From: Candidatus Amunia macphersoniae
GTDB taxonomy: Bacteria > Chloroflexota > Dormibacteria > Aeolococcales > Aeolococcaceae
DNA: 64,000 nt
Reading direction: 5' to 3'
NCBI GenBank assembly: GCA_016464795.1
Contig: JAEKNN010000058.1
Coordinates: forward strand, 966 to 64,965
The notes under the pieces are model-generated. The model saw only the letters and a program-made list of their open reading frames with translations, did no database searches and was not told the DNA's origin. Below, one piece after another: positions 38,677 to 46,954 of this stretch. Each line of letters opens with the position of its first letter. Positions within the stretch are counted from its first letter, which is position 1. Position numbers and translations under genes: made by a program.

Positions 38677-39035
38677 GCCGACGTCAGAGCGCCTCGGGCC
38701 ACCTCGACGAGCCGGGTGAATGACGCCGAGTCCTCGACGGCGAGGTCGGCGAGCATCTTCCTGTTGATGTCGATGCCGGCATTCTTGAGGCCGTGCATGA
38801 GCTTGTTGTAGGGAATCCCGTTCTGTCGGGCCGCCGCATTGATTCGGGTGATCCACAGGGCGCGCATGTCGCCCTTGCGCAACTTGCGATCGCGGTACTG
38901 ATACGCCAGCGAGTGCATGACCGCTTCGTTGGCGGACTTGAACAGCAGCCGGCGTTCACCCTGCATCCCCTCGGCCAGCTCGAGGATCTTCTTGTGGCGG
39001 GCGCGCGCGGTAACGCCCCTTTTCACTCTCGCCAT
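38673..39035 (-). CDS. rplT: 50S ribosomal protein L20
   Basis: [23 protein letters not shown]… matches L20. Confidence 0.92.
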   Translation of the reverse strand: MARVKRGVTARARHKKILELAEGMQGERRLLFKSANEAVMHSLAYQYRDRKLRKGDMRALWITRINAAARQNGIPYNKLMHGLKNAGIDINRKMLADLAVEDSASFTRLVEVARGALTSA

Positions 39036-39050
39036 CGTCTCTCCTCCGCT

Positions 39051-39248
39051 CTACAGGTACGGGGCCAGGCGGCGCACGTGCTTGACGTCCGCCGGCGACA
39101 CCGGCTGCTGCACATTCATGACCCGTTTGCGCTTGCTGCTCTTGTGCTCGAGCATGTGCGACTTGAAAGCCTTGCGGCGCATCACCTTGCCAGTGGAGGT
39201 GATGCGAAACCGCTTCTGGGTCGCCTTATGAGTTCGAATCTTGGGCAT
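39051..39248 (-). CDS. rpmI: 50S ribosomal protein L35
   Basis: MPKIRTHKATQKRFRITSTGKVMRRKAFKSHMLEHKSSKRKR… matches L35. The start overlaps the infC 3' end. Confidence 0.9.
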   Translation of the reverse strand: MPKIRTHKATQKRFRITSTGKVMRRKAFKSHMLEHKSSKRKRVMNVQQPVSPADVKHVRRLAPYL

Positions 39249-40092
39249 TCTCTTTCCCCCGCGAATCTGCGGTCTTCTTGGTGGTTGGCTTCGCCGTCGC
39301 CCCCGCGGCTGCCGGCTTCCTCGCCGCTGGCGCGGCCTTCCCGGCAGTGGCTGAACCCGTTGCGGCTGCTGGGCTGCTGACAGTGTCTGCGGTCGGCGCG
39401 GGCACTGTCGCCTCGGACGTCCTCGGTTCCTGGGCCGGCTCCGGTGCGTCTGTCGTGGCGGTGACCGGCTCCGATGCCGGGGCGCTTGGGGACGCCGGCG
39501 CGGGCGCGGCGCTGCCGTTGCCGGGCTGGGTCTCTGCGGCGCGCTCCTCGTGAGGACGGTCGCCGCGAGCATGCTTCTTGGTTGTCGGGCTCAGGATCAT
39601 GATCATGTTCCGGCCTTCGACGAGTGGGGATCGCTCGATGATCGCCAGATCACTGAGCTCTTCGGTCATGCGATCGAGCAACTTGCGGCCGTACTCCTGG
39701 TGGACCATCTCCCGGCCTCGGAACATGATCGTCAGCTTGACCTTGTCGCCCTCGCCGAGGAACTGCTTCACCTTGTTCAGCTTGGTGCGGAAGTCGTTGT
39801 CCGAGATCTTGGGGCGAAGCTTCTGCTCCTTGAGCTGGACGACGTTGTGGTCTCTGCGACTGTCCTTCTCCCGCTTGAGCGCCTCGAACTTGAACCGTCC
39901 GTAGTCCATCAGGCGGCACACGGGGGGTTGGGCCAGAGGTGCCACCTCGACGAGGTCGAGGCCGCGGTCGACGGCGAGTTGCCGGGCCTGCTCGACGGGA
40001 ACGATGCCGAGCGCTTCATCAGTGGTGTCGTCGAAGAGACGCACCTGCGGAATGCGGATCTGCTCGTTGATCCTCAACTCTCGAAAGGCGAT
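39226..40092 (-). CDS. infC: Translation initiation factor IF-3, with a probable non-AUG (ATC) start and a ~110-aa Ala/Pro/Thr/Lys-rich C-terminal tail
   Basis: The core …RINEQIRIPQVRL…PPVCRLMDYGRFKFE…MFRGREMVHQEYG… identifies IF-3. An in-frame ATC lies 9 nt downstream of GGAGG, with no in-frame ATG/GTG near the conserved N-terminus. The low-complexity tail is …AAPAPASPSAPASEPVTATTDAPEPAQ…KPTTKKTADSRGKENAQDSNS. Confidence 0.8.
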   Translation of the reverse strand: MAFRELRINEQIRIPQVRLFDDTTDEALGIVPVEQARQLAVDRGLDLVEVAPLAQPPVCRLMDYGRFKFEALKREKDSRRDHNVVQLKEQKLRPKISDNDFRTKLNKVKQFLGEGDKVKLTIMFRGREMVHQEYGRKLLDRMTEELSDLAIIERSPLVEGRNMIMILSPTTKKHARGDRPHEERAAETQPGNGSAAPAPASPSAPASEPVTATTDAPEPAQEPRTSEATVPAPTADTVSSPAAATGSATAGKAAPAARKPAAAGATAKPTTKKTADSRGKENAQDSNS

Positions 40093-40263
40093 GGGTGGGA
40101 ACCTCCATAACAAAAAACCCGGACAGCGATCCGCTATCCAGGCTGGGCCGATCTGGACCTCCAAGGCAAGCCCGGAAGGTGGGGACCGCAGCTCACGGGC
40201 CCTCTTGGCGGCGCCACGTCGGCGGCCGAGTGGCCAGCATATCACCCCGCGGGCGGCGCAACC

Positions 40264-40974
40264 TCATCGGCGAACAGCGTGGAGAAGCAACTCGCGGGCT
40301 CCGCGAGCACCGAGCACTGGCGAGTCCATCGACCCGCGCACCTCCCAGCCCGCCTCGGCCACCCCTGCGGAGGCCGTCGCCAGAGCCGTCTCGAGGCTGG
40401 CCCTGTCGCCCGGCGCCGTCGCCGCGCGGAGCTCGAACATCGGCTTCACCAGCCCCACCAGAGCCGCGTCCGGGGCGATCGCCACGCGCTGCAGCTGCGC
40501 GATCGCCGAGCTGAGGCTGAGGTAGGAGACGTCGACGGTGACGACGTCGATGACGTCGGGGACGCGGCCGGTGTCGAGGTCGGCTACGTTGACGGCTTCG
40601 AGATTGACCACGCGCGGGTCCTGGCGCAGTGAGCCCAACAGCTGCCCGTGACCGGCGTCGACGGCGTACACCAGGCGGGCGCCGGCCTGGAGCAGCACCG
40701 CGGTGAACCCGCCTGCCGCGGCACCCACGTCGAGCGCGACCCTCCCCGCCACCGGAATCTCGAACGCCTCCAGGGCCGCGCGCAGCTTGGCGGACCCGCG
40801 CAGGGTCTGGGCTCTCCGAACAGTCACCCGAGCCCCGGGCCGCAGCCGCGAGCGCGCAGCTGTCACGGGAAGGCCGTCGACCAGGATGTCGCCGGCAGCG
40901 ATCATCGCCGTGGCGTCGCCGCCCGGGAAGAGCGCGCGCACCAGATCGACGAGCAGTCGCGGTCCGCCGGTCAT
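40264..40974 (-). CDS. TlyA-family rRNA 2'-O-methyltransferase paralog (S4 + FtsJ-like domains)
   Basis: The S4 region is LLVDLVRAL…ILVDGLPV, followed by …ALDVGAAAGGFTAVLLQAGARLVYAVD…VKPMFE. A second, syntenic tlyA lies at 59974-60729. Confidence 0.7.
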   Translation of the reverse strand: MTGGPRLLVDLVRALFPGGDATAMIAAGDILVDGLPVTAARSRLRPGARVTVRRAQTLRGSAKLRAALEAFEIPVAGRVALDVGAAAGGFTAVLLQAGARLVYAVDAGHGQLLGSLRQDPRVVNLEAVNVADLDTGRVPDVIDVVTVDVSYLSLSSAIAQLQRVAIAPDAALVGLVKPMFELRAATAPGDRASLETALATASAGVAEAGWEVRGSMDSPVLGARGARELLLHAVRR

Positions 40975-40981
40975 CGCCCGG

Positions 40982-42802
40982 TCAGCCGCTCGAGCGCTCG
41001 GCCACCTCGCGGACCATGCGCTGCACCAGCTCGGGCACGGCGACATCCTCCTGTGCGCCGGTCTGGGTCACCCGCAGGTTGACCACTCCGTCACCGCGCT
41101 CGACGTCGTTTCGTCCGACGACGACGACGTAAGGCACCTTCTGTTTGACCGCGTCCCGGATGCGGGCCTGCATGCGTGCTCCGGGCTTGTCCCCCACGTT
41201 GGCACGCAACCCCGCAGCGCGTAGGGTATCGCGCAGCACGGCTGCGTACTGCAGCACCTCGGGGGCGTCGTCCTGGACCGGCACGATCTCCACCTGCACC
41301 GGCGCCAGCCACAGCGGAAAGTGACCGGCGTAGTGCTCGAGGAGAATTCCAAAGAAGCGCTCCACCGAGCCGAACAGCGCTCGGTGGATCATGATCGGCC
41401 GTGCCTGCGTGCCATCGGCCTCGATGTAATGGAGGTCGAACCGCTGGGGCAGCATGAAGTCCACCTGGATGGTCGAGAGCTGCCAGGTGCGCCCGATTGC
41501 GTCTCTGGCCTGCACCGAGATCTTGGGGGCGTAAAACGTGCCGCCTCCCTCATCGAGGACGAGCGGCAGGTCCATGGCGACGGCAGCGGCACGAAGGGCG
41601 TCGGTCGCCTCAGCCCACTCCTCATCGGTGCCGAACGCCTTGCCCTCGGGCTTGGTCTGGAGCTCGAGGAAGAAATCGGACAGGCCGTAGTCACGCAGCA
41701 GGTCGAGCACGAACTGCAGCAGCGAGCGCAGCTCATCGCCCATCTGGGCCTTGCTGCAGAAGATGTGGGCATCGTCCTGGGTCATCCCGCGCACCCGGGT
41801 GAGGCCGTGGACGACGCCAGACTTCTCGTACCTGTAGACGCTGCCGAACTCGAACATCCGCAGCGGCAGCTCGCGATAGCTGCGCTGACGGCTGGCGTAG
41901 ATGAGGATGTGGAAGGGACAGTTCATCGGCTTCAGGTAGTAGCGGGTGCCGCCGTCGAGCTCCATCGGCGGGAACATCCCGTCGGCGTACCACTGCAGGT
42001 GTCCTGAGGTCTTGAATAGGTCTTCCTTGGTGATGTGCGGTGAGTTGACGAACTCGTATCCCGCCTCCTCGTGGCGCTGCCGCGAGTAGTCCTCCATCAG
42101 CTTGCGAACCAGGCCACCCTTGGGATGGAAGAGAGCCAGCCCGGAGCCGATCTCCTCAGGAAACGAGAAAAGATCCAGCTCAACCCCGAGCCGGCGGTGA
42201 TCCCGCAGCCTCGCCTGCTCGCGCTGCGCGATGAATGCGTCGAGCTGCTCGCGGTCGAAGAAGGCGGTTCCGTACACCCTTTGCAGCTGCTCGTTGGACT
42301 CGTCGCCCTTCCAGTAGACACCGGCGACACGGAGCAGCTTGAGCGCGCGCAGGTGACCGGAGTGAGGCACGTGAGGGCCGCGGCAGAGGTCGACGAAGTT
42401 TCCGGTGCGGTAGATGCCAACGCTGTCGACATCGTCAGGCATGCGGTCGATGATGTCGACCTTGAACGGCTGGCCGAGGTCGCTGAAGAGATGCCGCGCC
42501 TGGTCGCGAGACATGACCTCACGCTCGAATGGGATGCGGCGCTTGGCCAGCTCCTTCATCTTCGACTCGATGCGGGGAAGGTCGTCCTCGACGAAATGCG
42601 TGTGCTCGGGCAGTCGAAAGTTGTAGAAGAACCCCTCGTCGGTGGCCGGCCCCACGTCGTATTGCGCTCCGGGATAGAGCTCGACCACCGCCGAGGCCAT
42701 CAGGTGCGCAGCGCTGTGGCGAAGGATGTCGAGGGTCAGCTCGGCCGGCACGTCGATGGGCGGGCCGGCCTCTGCGGAGTCATCGACGCTGTGCTCAGCC
42801 AT
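40982..42802 (-). CDS. thrS: Threonine--tRNA ligase (lacks the N-terminal TGS domain)
   Basis: The N2 editing-domain motif RHSAAHLMASAV, class II catalytic motifs and the C-terminal anticodon-binding domain are present. The 606-aa ORF starts within a few residues of the N2 domain. Confidence 0.9.
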   Translation of the reverse strand: MAEHSVDDSAEAGPPIDVPAELTLDILRHSAAHLMASAVVELYPGAQYDVGPATDEGFFYNFRLPEHTHFVEDDLPRIESKMKELAKRRIPFEREVMSRDQARHLFSDLGQPFKVDIIDRMPDDVDSVGIYRTGNFVDLCRGPHVPHSGHLRALKLLRVAGVYWKGDESNEQLQRVYGTAFFDREQLDAFIAQREQARLRDHRRLGVELDLFSFPEEIGSGLALFHPKGGLVRKLMEDYSRQRHEEAGYEFVNSPHITKEDLFKTSGHLQWYADGMFPPMELDGGTRYYLKPMNCPFHILIYASRQRSYRELPLRMFEFGSVYRYEKSGVVHGLTRVRGMTQDDAHIFCSKAQMGDELRSLLQFVLDLLRDYGLSDFFLELQTKPEGKAFGTDEEWAEATDALRAAAVAMDLPLVLDEGGGTFYAPKISVQARDAIGRTWQLSTIQVDFMLPQRFDLHYIEADGTQARPIMIHRALFGSVERFFGILLEHYAGHFPLWLAPVQVEIVPVQDDAPEVLQYAAVLRDTLRAAGLRANVGDKPGARMQARIRDAVKQKVPYVVVVGRNDVERGDGVVNLRVTQTGAQEDVAVPELVQRMVREVAERSSG

Positions 42803-43412
42803 GGCGCCGAATTGTAAGTGCTACCAGGCCAACCGCCGCAATCACCGGCGTTTGGTCAGCAGCAGAGCCGCGACATTCCGCGTGGGACGTCCTCGCGAGC
42901 TTCGGACAGCTGGGCGAGTGCCGCTTCGGGATTGCTGGCTGTGTTCAATGTCAGGCTGAGCTGGCGCGTCATGGGCAGCACGCCCCGGGCGGTGCGCTGC
43001 GCCGACAGTCGCAGGCGCGCATGTCGTTCGGGATCAATCGAGCAACAGCGGACACTGCAGTACTTCGCCGTCGCCTTCTTCACCGGTGCTGTGCAGCCTC
43101 GGCGCGCACAGATGCGGCGCTGCGTCGGTTGCAATGCCCTCGACCCCGCGACGGTGTTCCGACCCACGGCTGGGGAGTCTACGGCGGCTCTCACGCGCGC
43201 TGTCAACGCGCACACGCGCTGCATTCGCGTCTTTCGTGGGTGCACAACTGCGTGAGGGGGAAGCGTACGGCTGTGCACAGTGTGGACAACTGCTGCGGAT
43301 TGACCCGACGGGCTGTGCGCAAGGTGTGCGCAGAACCACTTTGCAACCGGGCGAAACGGCCGCCTCCGCGCCACGCGAGACAATGCGCCGACCGAGCGCG
43401 CGCCGCGGCGGC

Positions 43413-43486
43413 TGGGCGCAATTGGATTCGAACCAATGAACCTCTGCGATGTCAACGCAGCGCTCTAACCAGCTGAGCTATGCGCC
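43413..43486 (-). tRNA. tRNA-Val (anticodon GAC)
   Basis: The minus-strand sequence GGGCGCATAGCTCAGCTGGTTAGAGCGCTGCGTTGACATCGCAGAGGTTCATTGGTTCGAATCCAATTGCGCCCA folds into a cloverleaf. The acceptor stem is GGGCGCA/TGCGCCC, the anticodon loop is TTGACAT, and the T-loop is GGTTCGAATCC. No CCA is encoded. Confidence 0.85.
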
Positions 43487-43560
43487 CGCGCGCGGCGGGC
43501 CCCCGGCCCGGGCGGCCGATGATACCAGCCGTGCGTCCCCTCGAGGACCTGTGCGGCCCC

Positions 43561-43746
43561 TCAGACGCGGGCCTTGCGTGAGCGGCCGACGCTCTTCTGG
43601 GCAGTGCTCAGGTCGTCGGCGGTCACCTCCACGCGGAGAACCCCCTCGCACTCGTGGCAGACCACGTGGAAGGCCTCGGGCGAGCGGATTGCCCGGGCCA
43701 CGGCCTGGCGGTGACTGCAGCACTCGCACGTGACGATGGCCCGCAT
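43561..43746 (-). CDS. Hypothetical small zinc-ribbon protein (61 aa)
   Basis: MRAIVTCECCSHRQ…VVCHECEGVLRV has two Cys clusters. A GGAGAGAGAAG ribosome-binding site precedes the ATG at 43746. Confidence 0.45.
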   Translation of the reverse strand: MRAIVTCECCSHRQAVARAIRSPEAFHVVCHECEGVLRVEVTADDLSTAQKSVGRSRKARV

Positions 43747-43881
43747 CTTCTCTCTCTCCACTGCCCGACCGCGCCTCCCGAGGGAGCGTGCCGGCCAGCT
43801 TTGCACCGGGCAGTTGGGGGAAGGCGAACATGACAGAGCCGCGACGGCGCCGTTGCACCGCCGCGACGGAGTTGGCGCTGC

Positions 43882-45279
43882 TCAGTCAGCGGTCGGGGCT
43901 GGTGGAGTGCGGCCGTCGAGCACCGCCAGCTGTCCCCAGTAGGCCAGCCGGGTGACCACCGCGCCGATCACGATGATCACCCCGAGCCCGGCCACGACGC
44001 TGGCCACCCCCACCACATCGGCGATCACCCCGGCGACCAGCAGCGGGATGGCCACCGCAGCATTGATGACCGCGAAGATGCTGCCGAAGATGCGCCCGCG
44101 GGTCTCTTCATCGGTGCGCTCCTGGAGCACTGTGAAGGCGGGTATGAGCAGACCGCCCAGGGCGCAGCCGAAGACCCCGCTCAGGACCAGCACCACGGGA
44201 ACCACGGCGGCCCGGGCGCCGAGGCCATCGAGCAGCCGTGGAGCAACCCCGACGGCGCCGAGCGAGGCACCGGCCACTGTCAGGGCGGCCACCAACATGG
44301 TGGCTTTGGACAGCGCGTTGCCCCCTCTCTGGGCGAGCACCGCCGCCATGGTGACCAGCCCGAGGGTTGCCGGGATCAGCACCAGGTAGGTGTCCTGATC
44401 GGATCGATGCAGCTCGTGCACCATGAACACCGGCCCGAGGGCGAACACGGTGAACACAACGACCAGCGCAATCGCCAGCTGATACAGCCCGAGCCTGATC
44501 GCGGGACTGCCGGCGATCAGGCGAACACCCTCCTGGAGCTCGCTGCGCAGGCTGGCGGCCTGGGCGGTTGGCGCGCGCGATGCCCGGAGTGGCGACGCGA
44601 TCCTCCAGATGGCAAGGGCGGCCAGCGCAAAGAGGGCTGCGGCGATGTAGAACGGCGCCGTCTCCCCCACCAGTCGGATCGCCAGGGTGGCTGCCGGTAC
44701 CCCGAGCACGAGCGTGAGGATCACCGTGGTCATGAACAGGGAGGTGGCCCCCATGATCTGCTCGCGGGTTACCAGCGAGGGGATGCTCGCCGCCTCCGCG
44801 GGGGCGAAGACCTGGCCAACACCGCTGAACAGGAAGGTGATGAGGATCAGCGGCCATGCCTGGTGACCCACCACAGGGAGCACCTCCACCAGCGGGATGA
44901 TCAGGACCAGCGCGCTGCGGATCACGTTGGTGGCGATCATCAGCGTGCGCTTGTCGTAGCGGTCGGCGATCACCCCCGCGGGCGCGCTCAGGAAGACCGA
45001 TGGGAGCGTGTAGGCGATCATCAGCAGCGATTGGATCGACGCCTTGCGGCTGAGGTCGTAGACCACGATCAGCAGGGTGAACATCAGGAACTTGTCAGCC
45101 AGCTGACTGGCTGCCTGGGCGGTCCAGAGCTTGCGGAAGTCCGCCCGCGCGATCACCGCACGAAAGCCCTGGCGGTCGTCAGCCAGCGGTGGCACCGCCG
45201 CCCGGGCCGCGTGCAGGCGTCGGGAGGCGGGGGGCGCGACCTCGTCGAGTGGCGGGAGGGAGATGCGCGGTTCGCTCAC
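43882..45279 (-). CDS. MFS transporter
   Basis: There are 12-14 predicted TM helices and FRKLWTAQAASQLADKF at the N-terminus. The GTG at 45279 overlaps the rsmA TGA (GTGA). Confidence 0.75.
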   Translation of the reverse strand: MSEPRISLPPLDEVAPPASRRLHAARAAVPPLADDRQGFRAVIARADFRKLWTAQAASQLADKFLMFTLLIVVYDLSRKASIQSLLMIAYTLPSVFLSAPAGVIADRYDKRTLMIATNVIRSALVLIIPLVEVLPVVGHQAWPLILITFLFSGVGQVFAPAEAASIPSLVTREQIMGATSLFMTTVILTLVLGVPAATLAIRLVGETAPFYIAAALFALAALAIWRIASPLRASRAPTAQAASLRSELQEGVRLIAGSPAIRLGLYQLAIALVVVFTVFALGPVFMVHELHRSDQDTYLVLIPATLGLVTMAAVLAQRGGNALSKATMLVAALTVAGASLGAVGVAPRLLDGLGARAAVVPVVLVLSGVFGCALGGLLIPAFTVLQERTDEETRGRIFGSIFAVINAAVAIPLLVAGVIADVVGVASVVAGLGVIIVIGAVVTRLAYWGQLAVLDGRTPPAPTAD

Positions 45280-46148
45280 GGCTCGCCGGCAAGAGTACGG
45301 GCGGCCGCGGCGATCCGTTGCCATTCCCCGATGTCGAGCGTTCCCGGGCGCCGTCCGGGGTCGATGCCGGCCGCGTCGAGCCAGGCCATGGCCTGGTGAT
45401 CGTCTCCGCCGGCGGCGTTGGCGATGCCGTGACGGAGCATCTTGCGACGCATCTGGAAGGCCCGGCGGGCGATGTCGAGGACGGCAGCCCGGTCGTCGGG
45501 GCTGAGCACCGAGTCCGGCCGCAGCCGGATCACGCTGGAGTGGACAGCGGGCGGCGGCTCGAAGCTCGCCGGGGAGACGTCGCGCAGCCGCTCAACAGTG
45601 GCCAGGCTGCGCACCGCCACTGTGGCCAGGCTCCAGTCGCCGGCGCCTGCGGCCAGCCGGGCGGCCACCTCGCGCTGCACCAGGAAGACGCCTCGGGCGG
45701 GGGGCGACGGCAGCTCGAACAGCCTGGTCAACAGGGGCGTGGTGATGCTGTAGGGGATGTTGCCGGCCGCCACCCAGCCGTCGCCGAGGCCGAGGCCGCC
45801 GACATCGATCCGCAGGGCGTCCCCCCGGGTGACCTCGACGTTGACCCGATCTCGCTGGGTGATCCGAGTCGCGGCCACACAGCGCTCGTCGATGTCCACG
45901 GCGAACACCCGTCGCGCCCGCACCGCCAGCTCGCCCGTCAAGGTGCCGACTCCGGAGCCCACCTCGAGGACGTCCTCCCCCACCGAGGGCGCCAGCGCGG
46001 CGATGATGTCGTCGAGCACCTGGCGATCGACGAGGAAGTTCTGGCCCAGCCGGTGCCTGGCGACCAGACCGACCCGGCGCGCCACCGCCTGCAGCGTACG
46101 CGGATCGGTGAGGTCGCCCACGCCCGCCCCTGCCGGCGTGTTGCTCAC
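45276..46148 (-). CDS. rsmA: 16S rRNA (adenine1518/1519-N6)-dimethyltransferase
   Basis: LGQNFLVD…VLEVGSGVGTLT…GNIPYSITTPLL match KsgA/RsmA. The GTG at 46148 overlaps the tatD TGA (GTGA). Confidence 0.88.
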   Translation of the reverse strand: MSNTPAGAGVGDLTDPRTLQAVARRVGLVARHRLGQNFLVDRQVLDDIIAALAPSVGEDVLEVGSGVGTLTGELAVRARRVFAVDIDERCVAATRITQRDRVNVEVTRGDALRIDVGGLGLGDGWVAAGNIPYSITTPLLTRLFELPSPPARGVFLVQREVAARLAAGAGDWSLATVAVRSLATVERLRDVSPASFEPPPAVHSSVIRLRPDSVLSPDDRAAVLDIARRAFQMRRKMLRHGIANAAGGDDHQAMAWLDAAGIDPGRRPGTLDIGEWQRIAAAARTLAGEP

Positions 46149-46954
46149 TCCGCGCGGCCGGGCAGTCCGAACAGCCGGCGGGCGTTGGCCGTGGTCTGGG
46201 CACGCACCAGCTGCTCGTCGACTCCGCGCAGCCGCGCCACCGCGGCGGCGGTGGCGTCGACGTAGCCCGGCAGGTTGGGGCGCCCGCGGTGGGGCACGGG
46301 TGCCAGGAACGGCGAGTCCGTCTCGACCACGAAGTCGCCGTCTGCCGCCGCTGCCGCCGCCTGTTGGATGGGCTGGCTGCGCGGAAAGGTGACGATCCCC
46401 GAGAAGGAGAGTGCGTATCCGGCAGCGACGCACTCACGGCCGAACTCTGCATCACCGCTGAAGCAGTGCATCACCCCGCGCACACCGGGATGCTGGCGGA
46501 TCGCCACCAGGACCTCGCCGTGGGCGTCTCGGTCGTGCACCACAACGGGCTTGTGGTGCGCGTCAGCGAGGTCGAGCATGGCGTGCATCGCCCGCAGCTG
46601 CTCGTCCAACGGGGTGTCGTGGTAGCCGGGGCGGAAGAAAAGGTCGAGCCCGATCTCGCCGACCGCCACCGCACGGGGATGGTCGAGCAGTTGGTCGAGC
46701 GCGCGCAGCTCCGCCGCATCGGGTGGGTGCGGCTGGTGGGGATGCCAGCCGACTGTGAACCAGACGTTGTCGTGGCTCTCGGCGACCCGCCGGTTACAGT
46801 CAGAGTCGTCAACATTCAGCCCGACGCTGACGATCTGCTCCACTCCCGCCTCGGCCGCGCTCTCGAGCGCGGCGTCGAGCAGCCCGCGCTCGTCGAGGAG
46901 GACCAGGTGACAATGGGTGTCGACCAGTGGCTGTCGAGGGAGGGGGTCGGTCAT
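46145..46954 (-). CDS. tatD: TatD family metal-dependent deoxyribonuclease/hydrolase
   Basis: LVDTHCHL…GEIGLD…HCFSG…ETDSPFL match TatD. The ATG overlaps the metG stop (ATGA). Confidence 0.85.
   Translation of the reverse strand: MTDPLPRQPLVDTHCHLVLLDERGLLDAALESAAEAGVEQIVSVGLNVDDSDCNRRVAESHDNVWFTVGWHPHQPHPPDAAELRALDQLLDHPRAVAVGEIGLDLFFRPGYHDTPLDEQLRAMHAMLDLADAHHKPVVVHDRDAHGEVLVAIRQHPGVRGVMHCFSGDAEFGRECVAAGYALSFSGIVTFPRSQPIQQAAAAAADGDFVVETDSPFLAPVPHRGRPNLPGYVDATAAAVARLRGVDEQLVRAQTTANARRLFGLPGRAE

Noticed and set aside
39170-39250. Apparent extra C at the 39180/39181 line junction that would frameshift rpmI
   Set aside because: The supplied ORF track shows rpmI and infC in continuous frames with coordinates one less than my hand count. 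I attribute this to my own misreading of the line break rather than to a real indel.
42803-43412. T-box riboswitch upstream of thrS
   Set aside because: No GGGTGGnACCGCG-like T-box sequence or specifier-loop arrangement could be found by eye on the minus strand.
42856-43455. 199-aa minus-strand ORF with Cys-rich stretches (…ICARRGCTAPVKKATAKYCSVRCCS…)
   Set aside because: Its 5' part overlaps the tRNA-Val gene. The composition is Arg/Ala-rich and no family motif could be matched. It was treated as non-coding leader sequence.
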